From positions 1 through 55,366 of the forward strand of contig KE560765.1 of assembly GCA_000442015.1 (NCBI GenBank): 55,366 nucleotides of DNA. The letters run 5' to 3'. This document shows positions 12,832 to 23,600 of this stretch, in pieces. A program made the translations under genes and the position numbers. Within the stretch, counting starts at the first letter, position 1; every line of letters starts with the position of its first letter. Source of the stretch: Rozella allomycis CSF55 (taxonomy: Eukaryota). Under the pieces are notes generated by a model. That model was not told where the DNA came from. It saw only the letters and a list, made by a program, of their open reading frames with translations, and did not search any database.

Positions 12832-13551
12832 TTAAAGATGCGGATTAGAAATGTCTATAGAGTTGCAAAAATTTACAAGAGTTGTAGGACATAACAAATC
12901 ATTGGCATTGTTTAGATTAGAAGAGCCGCCTGTTGAAGGATATTGATTTACGGATTCATTTAATTCAAAACTCTCGTTTGGAAACTCTAGAGAACTTGAC
13001 GATCTTTTCAAAATGGAGTGCAGTGACATTGGAGAATTTTGGGCCGATGGTTGACACTGTTCTTGAGGTTGTAGAAATGAGTTGACTATTGGAAAAGACG
13101 CATAGTTTTCTGAAGACAATATTGGTGGTAAACACTTGTTAGAATTTTCACGCTTTCTTTTTGCATTTAAACGCAATGATTGATTCATTATTCGCCATAC
13201 TAATAATTTAATTTTTGGCTCCCATTTGAAAGTAGATAGAAGGAATAGATCTTCCCTTCTAGATGTTGGCCAATCAGCGCTAATCCATGCGAGGGCGTGC
13301 CCGACAGTTTTGGCATCGTAATCTTTGAAGATGGTTCTTAACCGTGTGACCACGTAGTGCATGTTATGAGGATTTCTGGCCCAACTGTAAAAGTTTGTTT
13401 CGTATAACGAATCCATCATTTTCATAGTTTCATCAACGGCCTTAAAGTCCCCTTTTGGATATGAATGATTTCAATTACTTGGTACAATTGGTTTACGAAT
13501 GAACAATGATTTTTTCTTGGAGAATAAATTGTTTTGAAGGGATACTGGCAT
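12832..13551 (-). CDS. Hypothetical protein; 1 intron
   Basis: ORF extended 5' through a 27-nt GT-AAG intron; no recognised motif. Confidence 0.55.
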
Positions 13552-13620
13552 TTGCAAACGGAACTTAAAGCCAGTTGCTAATTCAGGACTGGCGGAGGAA
13601 AACGATACCAAGGATAAAAT

Positions 13621-15216
13621 TTAATACTCTAAATAAATAATTTTATTTTCTTAACATTTTCATTAGATATTTCTAACTTTTTTTTGTGATTGGAAGAAAA
13701 AATATCACCAGATTCTCTTAATTGATTTGAGGAGCCTGAATTGCTTACTAAAAATAAATCTATAAACGCATGTTTAACCATTTACCATTTTTTAATAGAA
13801 AAGCATCATCATTTAATTCTTCAGGCAATAATAAGTCTTTAAATATCAAAGTGCAGCCAGGCAAAGTTCCCAATGCGCATGGAGCGAAATCGTAATCGAC
13901 ATTCCATTTCGCCGATACCCTTGTATCATCTAAAACCATTTCTTGTGATTTTAGAGTTTGGACAAATGATTCTATTTTTTCCAATTTCTCGTCCGCACCG
14001 TCCAAATCGAAATCATCAGTCACATGAATTATTCTCAAAGTTTCTCGTGCAAAATTTGCGTAAAATTCTGCTTTTTGTCTTTCCTCTTGTCTAAAGAAAT
14101 CAAATGATGTGAGCAAAGAGTGCATTAACTTTGCTGATGCCGTGTTAAGACTCTGTTTAAGAGTATCATATATGTCGCTAACATCATCATTGCTGAATTC
14201 ATTAAATTTTTGAACCAAAAATAGAACCCATTCAGTCAAACAAAGTGAATAACTCAACCCATAATTCTTTTCCTTAGTGTCTTCATTGTAGTTGCAGATA
14301 TAAGATATTATTTGTTCCATCAAATAAAACAAAAACTCCAAGTTTTGTGTTTGAAGCGCTTCTAATATTGGTAGCCACATATTGAATAGCACTTGCAATT
14401 CTGCTGTCTCTGTTCTTTTCCTAATTCAATGAATCATATTGTTTTGTACCTTTTATTTGATGGAACAATGAACCCAGGTTCTAAGAGAATAGGAACAACA
14501 ACTTCAGATACACATTCTTTGAACGCCGACAAATCTGAATAAAGTTTATCAAGTTTTTCTTGCATTGCTGGATCTTCTTTAATATTCTTTATTTCTTTTT
14601 TCATATTATATTTTTGAATTTTTTTATATTCTTGCAAGAAATTACGAGCTTGAACTTTGCAATCTTCCAGAACATCTTTTTGAACATCCCAAAAGTTCTC
14701 CTTGAGCCATTTAAGGGCCTAATTAGATCAATAAAATGTTCATACATGCTTACAAGAAGACTTTAATAAATCCAGAGAGGGCATATCAGAATGAGTGGCG
14801 TCATGTCGAAGATCAACAAAATATCTAGGAAATCCGATTTCTTCAGCGATTCTAGTGAGAGATCGTGCATAAAGACTTTTTTGATACGGATCCAGCATTC
14901 CATTCACAAATCTAAATACAACTACTTTAGATCTTTACCTTATGAAAATAGAAGAAAGCAAAAATCTAAAAGACGTAGCTGAAAGAAACGGCTCATTATC
15001 TAAGGCCTCTATTATTTGTGAGGTGATTTCGACAGCTATAGGAATATTTCCTCTCAAAGACCACATTTTAATCTGTTGTATAAATCATAAAGACCTTACG
15101 TGTGATATTCCTTTAACACGTTCATCCAAAAAGGAATTAAACAATAAAGACTTTACATACTCTTTCTCTTCATGGTTAATCCAAGGTACTATTCTTGGTA
15201 GTTTTCTGATCTGCAT
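13621..15216 (-). CDS. LAS1: Las1 pre-rRNA HEPN endonuclease; about 5 introns
   Basis: PRIVPW, W-x2-RGNIPIAVE, IRFVNG, VDLRHDATH (RxxxxH HEPN motif). Confidence 0.9.
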
Positions 15217-15352
15217 ATTCAAAAAAATTAGTCCTCAAGTCTAAGCCTCTCAAAAATTGGACACTCGACTTTGGCAAAAAGTAAATAGGAATCACATCAA
15301 ATGCAGAAAAGCAAAAAATTGTAAAAGAATTTGGCCAAGGAGGCAAAAGAAA

Positions 15353-15433
15353 CGACAGCGACAGGACTCGAACCTGTGCGGGTAAACCCACATGCTTTCT
15401 AGGCATGCTCCTTAACCACTCGGACACGCTGTC
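15353..15433 (-). tRNA. tRNA-Ser(AGA)
   Basis: Acceptor GACAGCG/CGCTGTC, anticodon arm CATGC-CTAGAAA-GCATG, long variable arm, GTTCGAGTC. Confidence 0.95.
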
Positions 15434-15492
15434 ATGAAGAAATGAAATTGATTTATTGATTTAGAGCGGTATTACTTAAGCTGCAGTTCTTT

Positions 15493-16340
15493 TCAATATT
15501 CAGGCGCTCTTCCATACTCTTTGTCAAACTTCTTAATATTTCCGCTTTTAGTTCCGGTCTTATTTGCCGTACTCTATCTACATTCGCAATTATATATGTT
15601 GATTACGATGCTTGGAGGTGTTCGCTTCATCAAAGTAGTTTAGTTGCAGAGCCTCGGCAATTTTTTGACCAAAGTCCCTTAGTGCATCAACATTGTCAGT
15701 TGCTCCTGAAATCCTAACACCTTCAATACAGTATCCACCTAAATGCAAATAAAACAGTCGCTTTCCCAAACCTGTATTACAATGAATTAGAAAATACTTC
15801 CGCGGGGTTGCCTCATAAGTCTTACGTAAATGTTATACAAAGGCCCACACGTTTTAATTTCTTTGCCTATTTTATAAGTGTACTGTTTCTTTTTTAGATC
15901 CAAGATGTAGAATCGTTTGTCCTTGTACATGTATCTATGATTTAGACAATATCTTGTTACACCATGGATAGGCATCCAACAAAAATGCCAATTGGAAGTA
16001 ATGAAAATCCCTGAAATAAAGAGACCTCCTATTCGTACTTGAAAAATAGAGTTTCGGGCAATAGCTTCAGCAATGAAAAGAAACGACAGAATGACCACTA
16101 CAAGCAATGACCAGTACAGCCTCTGATACCGAACTTCCAAGACCATTTCAGAAATTAAACATATAACGATTTACCATTTTCACTGCTAGTTACAAATGGA
16201 TACACTCGGTTTTCTTGTATTTTCCGCTTTAGGACTTGTTCTGGCTTTTCAGAGAAAATAGTTGATGAGAATCTTGCGAAATGACTTGGTATTTTGAGAA
16301 CCTCTTTGGTTTTCGAAGATTTCGAAGGGCGACGCGACAT
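15493..16340 (-). CDS. TMEM249/CatSper-theta-like two-TM protein; about 5 introns
   Basis: YPFV...VLE, two TM helices, CGPLYNIYVRL, FYLHLGGY, FGQKIAEALQLNYFD. Confidence 0.7.
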
Positions 16341-16400
16341 TGAGGGGCGCAGTTACATAAATGATAAGAGGCATATAAAACACTGTCCGCCTTCAACACA

Positions 16401-16472
16401 TCTCCCATGGTGTAATGGTTAGCACTTTGGACTTTGAATCCAACAATCTGAGTTCGATTCTCAGTGGGAGAG
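16401..16472 (+). tRNA. tRNA-Gln(TTG)
   Basis: Acceptor TCTCCCA/TGGGAGA, anticodon arm TTGGA-CTTTGAA-TCCAA, T arm CTGAG-TTCGATT-CTCAG, downstream T run. Confidence 0.95.
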
Positions 16473-16603
16473 TTCTTTTTGATTTATTTGTAATCTCTCT
16501 GTTTTCACCCTTTGCTATTATTTTTATTTGAATGTTAAATTAAAAGTTAAAGACCCTTAATATTATAACTAGAATTTTTAGGCAAGTATTCGTATTTCCT
16601 GTC

Positions 16604-19417
16604 GTGGCTTGTATGCTTCAAAAACTACTTTACCTATTAGACAAGGAAAATGATGAAGAAAACTTGACTCTGTTGAACAGTTCAATTCAAGTGTGTTTAA
16701 AAGAAACTAGTATATGCCACCCTATAGTTTCACTCCATCTTTCACTGCACGTACTGTTATCAAAGTTCAAGGCTGTGAAATATGTGAATTTAAAGTTGGC
16801 CATTCTAGACACGATAACGATAATAGTAAATAATTTGGAGAGTGTGGATGCTGTTGCACCTGGCGTGTTATCAGCTATGACGAGTTTTGTGATTTCGTCG
16901 CCGGTGAAAACGCAGCACATGTTGTTGGTGAAGAGTGTGGAGATTGTGTCGCTTGTTGTGTGCAAGTTGTGTGAGCACCAAATAGAGCCTATAGTTGGGA
17001 TGTTGAAGAGATTGGAGATGCTGGTTGTGCATGATCATTTTAGGGTGAGGCAAGCGGTGTGTGAATTTGCGCGGAGTGTTATTATGGATTTTGACACATT
17101 GGCAAAGCGCAAGGAGTATTTGCCGTCGTTGTTGAAGATATTGGTTGTTGGGAGGATGGATGAGTATGAAAGTGTGTCGAGTGTGTGTATGATGAGTTTG
17201 GTTGAGATGAAGTGTTTTGATGGTGAGATGAGCAGGGTTGTGAAGATATCGTTTCATGAAGAGTTGCAGAGGATGAAGGGGCTGATGGTGAAGAGCGAGA
17301 GGGAGCAGAATTTTGTGTTGAAGGTGTTGAGTGGGTATTTGGTAGCGTTTCGCGAGTTGGATGAAGAGATATCGAGTGTGAGTTGTGAATGGATGATGCG
17401 TTGGATGATCAAGATGATAAAGTTTGAGTATTCTGATGTGAAGATTATAACAGAACTATCGGTGAATGCAGAGTTTGAGAGTGTTGATAGTGTGGAGATT
17501 CCGATAGAGAGGCTTTTGTTTGCAAGTGATTGTAGAGTGCAAAAGTCGATTGAGTTGTTGATTGAATTGATTGGGAGGTGTTTTCCAGTTGAAGAATTGA
17601 TGAAATTTTTTGAGAGTAAATTGGAGTGTGAAGTTGAAGATGTGGAATTACCGCAAGTGTTGTATATTTTGAGTGTGATTGTTAACAGTTGGAGTAATGA
17701 CTCTAAAGTTACCAAATACTTCAATATTAGTGAGATTAATGATGAGAACAAGGAGAACACTGAGAACAAAGATAATAAGGAGCACAAAGATAATAATAAT
17801 AAGGAGAACAGTGATATTAATGAACATTCAATTCCAGTGATTGTTAAAGAGAGTGTTTGTAAGATTAATGAATTGTTGAATAATTTGACTGTGTTGAATA
17901 AACCATCAACATTGGTGGAGTGCCAGTTGTATTCAATGGAGAGTGAGAATAAATCCGTTTCACATTTTAATAGAATAATAATTTCAAAATGTTTGCTTGG
18001 TTATTCAATCTTGGCGTGTTCAAAAGTGTTAAGATTAGAGTATAAGCCACTATTAATAAATTCGTTGTTTGTTTTGCTAGTTCTATCAGGGGATAATTTG
18101 TTGATAATAAATGAAATAGCGATGAAATGTTTTAATAAAATATCCAAGTATTGTGGGTATGAATCATGTAAAGAATTGTTGATGGATAATATGGATTATG
18201 CGTTGAATGCAACGAGTATAAAATTGTTGACTATTAATGAAAACCCATCAGCGTTGAAAGTTTTAATTTCTTTGATTAATTTTCTTCACATTGAAGTTTT
18301 GCCGTTTGTTTCAGATTTATCAATTCAATTGTTTGATTTGTTGGAAGAATTTTCAGAATCAAAATTTATTCAATTTGGAATTTTAAAATCTTTTCAATTA
18401 ATCTTTTCTTTAATCAAAGATGAAAAAGATTTCAATAAATTAAAATTTGTTTCTGAATTTTGTAAAAATACTTTAAATAAAATTGAAAATTTGTTATTGA
18501 ATGATTCAATGCAAATTAGAGTTATTGTTATTAGATTATCATCAGACATTGTTAGATCTTTTTTTCACTCTTCTTCAGAAAGTAGATCTGCAAAGAATTC
18601 AGAAAATATTAATTCTTCAGAAACAGAAAATAGATCTGGGATTATTTCTTGGTTTTCTAGAAATTGGAAAATTTTATTCAAAAGATTAATTAATGATAGA
18701 TCAAATCCTTTCATCATCGAAGCCACTCTAGATCTCTTTTCTTCTTTAGCTGAATGCATTGAAGATTTTTTCAGTCACAAATATTTAGAATCTGAATTGT
18801 TTAGATTATTTGAAATTTGGTTATTAAATAAATCTTTTCAAAGGCACTCTTCTGAATTTGATCTTTTAGGAAAGAAAATTTCTTCAAATCTAATCTTGGA
18901 AAATTCATTAATTCATTCTACTCCAAGTTGGTTAATCACAAATGCAAGTAAAGAAGCAAATTTAATTACAAATACAAAAAGTGATCATTCCTCAAATAAT
19001 TACTCACATTCTAATAGTCTAAATTTCACAAATGAATATTCTCCAAATTCAACTTCAATTAAACTTTACAAATCAATCTTAAAATCTTTCATTTCTATTT
19101 CACTCCATTTAAAATTACAAAGATTTCACATTTCTGTTCTATTCAATCTCACAATGGAATTTCTATTCAAAATTGTTCCTTCTCTTCCAAGAAACTTTCA
19201 CAATGAAATTGTTGATTTAATTATTCAATGTATCAAAGTTTGGTGTGATTTATTTCCTGAATTCATTTGGTTCAATTTCAACATTCGATCCCAACACTTG
19301 AATAATGAACACATATCTCCTTTCTACACGGTCTACTCACACTTGAAAATTAAATCTACTCCTTTTTCAAATCACATCATTTCCAAACTAGAGAAGATTA
19401 TTCAACTGCCAAATTAA
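16604..19417 (+). CDS. TTI1: TTI1-like HEAT-repeat protein (TTT complex); true start uncertain
   Basis: PGVLSAM, LINSLFVLLVLSGD, CGYESCKELLMDNMDY, LPFVSDL, FPEFIWF. Confidence 0.7.
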   Translation: MACMLQKLLYLLDKENDEENLTLLNSSIQVCLKETSICHPIVSLHLSLHVLLSKFKAVKYVNLKLAILDTITIIVNNLESVDAVAPGVLSAMTSFVISSPVKTQHMLLVKSVEIVSLVVCKLCEHQIEPIVGMLKRLEMLVVHDHFRVRQAVCEFARSVIMDFDTLAKRKEYLPSLLKILVVGRMDEYESVSSVCMMSLVEMKCFDGEMSRVVKISFHEELQRMKGLMVKSEREQNFVLKVLSGYLVAFRELDEEISSVSCEWMMRWMIKMIKFEYSDVKIITELSVNAEFESVDSVEIPIERLLFASDCRVQKSIELLIELIGRCFPVEELMKFFESKLECEVEDVELPQVLYILSVIVNSWSNDSKVTKYFNISEINDENKENTENKDNKEHKDNNNKENSDINEHSIPVIVKESVCKINELLNNLTVLNKPSTLVECQLYSMESENKSVSHFNRIIISKCLLGYSILACSKVLRLEYKPLLINSLFVLLVLSGDNLLIINEIAMKCFNKISKYCGYESCKELLMDNMDYALNATSIKLLTINENPSALKVLISLINFLHIEVLPFVSDLSIQLFDLLEEFSESKFIQFGILKSFQLIFSLIKDEKDFNKLKFVSEFCKNTLNKIENLLLNDSMQIRVIVIRLSSDIVRSFFHSSSESRSAKNSENINSSETENRSGIISWFSRNWKILFKRLINDRSNPFIIEATLDLFSSLAECIEDFFSHKYLESELFRLFEIWLLNKSFQRHSSEFDLLGKKISSNLILENSLIHSTPSWLITNASKEANLITNTKSDHSSNNYSHSNSLNFTNEYSPNSTSIKLYKSILKSFISISLHLKLQRFHISVLFNLTMEFLFKIVPSLPRNFHNEIVDLIIQCIKVWCDLFPEFIWFNFNIRSQHLNNEHISPFYTVYSHLKIKSTPFSNHIISKLEKIIQLPN

Positions 19418-19512
19418 ACCTCCACACTTGATAATTCTATATCAAACTATTAAACTGTAACTATTCCAATAATACTATTCAATAAATTTTTAACTATTTT
19501 TATTTATGCTGC

Positions 19513-20447
19513 CTACTTTTGTGACTTTTTGTTGGTTAACATCCTCGGTATCATCAGCACAAGAAACATTGCCAAAAACAACTTCACATTACTCCAACTA
19601 AACCAATCAATCCCATCCAACGACTTTATCGAATTCAAATTCTCTCCCATCTGAACATATATCCACGACGGCACAGACACCCCTATCTCACATCCACTTA
19701 CTCCCTACCAACCATCGTCGACACAAAAAACATCCTCAACGGCACATTGCTATGCGGCGCCAGTATATTAACACTCCAATTAGGCACCACCGGCGCAACC
19801 CTCAGCAGAAACATATACATCATCAAATTATCAGTACCCGTCGCTACCTATCATACACCAACAAATGCTCTACCCGTCTACGAAACGTAGCCAACCGTTC
19901 TTTCGGTATAAACCGCACTCCAACCTCCCTGGAAATCAAATAGCACACAGTCGCACCAATCGACGAGCACTATCATCTCCAATCATACATTTTACCATGC
20001 AAACTGATACAAGTCCAAGTAGTGAGCCGAAAAGGTAGCCGCCGATAATACNGAAAAGGTAGCCGCCAATGATACTCATTACAAATGAACCAGGAATCAT
20101 AAAAGATTGCAGACTTTGAATATAATGGATGTTTCTTACATTATGTATAACGAGCAGTACATGGCATAGACGTAATAGTGGTGGGTTTTCTGGATTGCTT
20201 CCAGTTCAATCGCCAAGTTGCGTAATTCTGAGAGAGTTTTCGGGATACATGCGTTTAATGTGTTTATACGAGGAAGATTGCAGTAGCTGTATACCAACAG
20301 TGCGAAAATGCATGTGATGAACAGNGAATTTTTTGTCAATTTTGTTGAATCTTTTCTTTTTCCTTTGTATCTGCTTGTTGCAGAGTAGTTTAATGGTTTT
20401 AATGGAACATCTAGGCCATCAAATTCGTCTGAACTGGAGACTGTCAT
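19513..20447 (-). CDS. TMEM41/VTT (DedA) domain protein
   Basis: PKTLSELRNL, LYIILQSFMIPGS, FLLRVAPVVPNWSVNILAP. Confidence 0.88.
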
Positions 20448-20617
20448 TTGCGATTTGTAAATGTATGATTTTCAAACCTGCAAATTCAAATTTCAGTTAA
20501 ACAAATTACAAACATAAGAGTAAAAACTAATTTTTACCTCATTGATAATCACCAAGCAACTATATTAATGTAGCATGTGATTTTATTGAGTAAATTTCCC
20601 AAACCCAATCTAAATTG

Positions 20618-23600
20618 ATGTACCAGGTGCACCGTAAATGGACGCATTACAAAACATATCAAAGATTGCAAAAGCTGTGGAGTGATTTCCGGCAGGTTGC
20701 CGATAAAAAGTAATCATGAATTGAAGCAATGACGAGTGATGTTGACGCCATGTTGCTGAAGCTGCAGGATGTGATATCGTCTATCCAGGAGGCGTACCGG
20801 GTGTTTAATGACTGCAATGATTCATCGTTCTACCGGATTATTGATATGTGCAATGAGAAATTTTATGGCGAGTGGATGTCTGTGTTGCTGGAGCTGCTGG
20901 ATACAATTGAAAAGTAATGATGGGTGATTGGATAGAGTAGGGAGGCTGAGAAGGATGAGAAGCTGAGGAATAGCCGGATGAAAGTGTTGATTGATATTAT
21001 GAATAATTGCTTGGGTGTGGCTGAAGATTTGCTGAGGGATGAAAAGTATAGACCGGCGATTNATACGCCTGCGTTGTTTGAAAAGGTTATAGGATTGTTG
21101 GAGAGTCTTGATGGGGCTGAAGCGAAGAAGGTTGCTTTGAGGATGATTAGAGCGTTTGGGAGATCTGATGATAGCAAATTGGAGATTGGTAAGTATTTGG
21201 ATGACTTGGGATAAAGGAAGGATGGAAGGGTTTAAAAAGATATTGAAATTGGTTGTGCAAGGGGATCCAGAGTTGACGGCTGAGATTGTGAGGACAATAA
21301 AGCACTTGTCTACATCGAATGCAGAGTTGATAAGTAAAATAGAAGAGAAAGTAAATTGGTTGAAATGTCATAAAAGGTTTCGTTGGGAGAAAAGATGAGT
21401 TCAATTATTAATGAAGTGAAGGGGCTAGTGGTGCATGAAGTGTCTAGAATATTTGCGGTTCCAAATGAAAAGGAGAGTTTGGTGAGAAAAGGCGGGATGA
21501 ATCGATTCCAAACACCGAATAGTTTTGAGATTGAAGAGATGATGAAGAGATATGAGGGGGATGGAATTGAAACCCCTGAAGTTGAGATTGTTGATGAAAC
21601 GGTGCAAGAGTTTATGAGGGTTCAAGGAGCGATATCAGAATTGACGAGTATTTTGCATGAAGCGGTTGGCCATTTCGATATTTTTGAAACAATTTGTAGA
21701 TTGATATTCCAGAATGAAAGTAGCCAAAGAGAATTTAAAGAGATGCAGGGGTATGAATTACTGCTGGAAGGAATGGAGAAAATGGTTTTTGAAACATTTA
21801 ATGAAAAGGATGAATTTTTAAAAGTAAAATTGTTTAGCGTTAAAGAAAGGATTGTTTTAATTTATTGTTTACTGTGACGTTGGATGGAAATAAAGATAAT
21901 TTGATTGGCAATTTGGATGCATTGTTTTTGATTTGTCAGATGGCTGTTGGATCGAAGCATTTAAAAGTTAGAAAATGCGCGTTGGATTGTTTGCAAGATT
22001 TGTTGTCGTTTAATCCATTGAATGTTGCAGCTTTTATAAAGAGCGAGAGTATTAAAATTTTGTTGAAGAGAATTGAAAATAATTTGGAATGTTTAAATTT
22101 GATGAATTATTTGGCAGTTCTTTCTTGTCAGTTTGATTCAAATATTCTGGATGGCTATTTTAACATTATTTGTTCTTTTAATGCTAGAAAAGAATTGATT
22201 GATTCATGTTTCTTATTAATCAAAGTAAATTAATTAAATTTGTTGGAAAAGGATTATTTTTATAGAGATATTAAAATAAACAATCGCTATTTGGAAATGA
22301 TTTTAACATTTTTAAACAATGAAATTTCAAACTATGCCACCAATGATGAGATTCCCATCAATCCAATTCAAGTTGAATCTGAATCTAAAACCAATTCTCA
22401 ATTAAAGATTGATGAGAATCTCATTTATTCATATTTAAAGTTGATTGCATTGTTAGTTTTAGAGAGAAAAGATTTGACAAGAGAAGACTTTGAATTGCAT
22501 GGGGGATTCAATGTTTTATATTTCGCTTTAACCTTTTCAAACAAGGAAATTTCAGAAATAGTCTTTTTCATTTTGAATCAAATTTTAAAATGTCCAGAAA
22601 ACAATTTCAGTATTTATGAATGGCTTATAAAGATATTTAATGATATTGATAACAAATATTTGTGCTACTATCTCCAAGACATGAATGACTATGCTATTGT
22701 AGGTAGACTGGTTGAAAGTGATTTGCTGACCATTTCATTGACTAAAATAAAGGCTGGTGTTAATAAGAGAGAGTGGATAAAAACTTTGATTGTGTTGATG
22801 ACTAGTGATAAAGTGAAAGATGTTTTGGAAGAAAGAATTGGATTGGAATTGGTGTATGATATATTAGTAAACTCTGCGAGTATTGAAAAGTAAATGATTT
22901 TATGTTTAATGAATAGAATTTGCTGGGTGGCTATTTTAGAATTGTGTACAGAAGGTGGCTTGGCCTATTCAATTCCAGGGTTTAAAGAAGTGAAAAAGGA
23001 GAAAAAGATTGATTATAAAGAGATAGAAGTATTGATGAATGCTGAATTGATGTTTGTTGGAACATTAGAGTTGACTGAACCAAGAAGACCAAATTTCACC
23101 AAAAACAAAGAAAAGGGACATACGCTACCAAAAGTGAACAAGAAGAGTAATGCAAGTGCTAAAAGCCAAAGTGTTAAAAGCCATTCACGAAGACATTCGC
23201 TGGATTCTTCAATAGAAGGTAACAATAGATGTTTTGATTAAAAGAACCAAAGCAAGTAACAAAGGAAATTAAATCAATGTCAATTCAATTAACGCCAACA
23301 TTTGAGTTGCCGTGTTTTGATTCAATTCAATTTGAAAGAAATTTATCATTTTATTCATTTAGAAATTTTAGAATTCGTAATAAAAATTGTTGTGAAATTA
23401 TCATAAAATTAATTGAAAGATTGCAAGGGTCACATTTAACAGATTTGTTACAAATAATGCATTTTCTGTTGGAATCTAATCCAATTAATTGTTTGTATTT
23501 TTCAGATTTGAAGTGTTTTAAAATTTTGTTTTCTATTTATCCAATTTCTAAACAAATAATTTCAACTCTTTTTTCATTTAGATTTAGTGAGGCTGAGTAT

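Noticed and set aside
15176-15427. 83-aa ORF
   Set aside because: It is a translation of the tRNA-Ser gene and its flank
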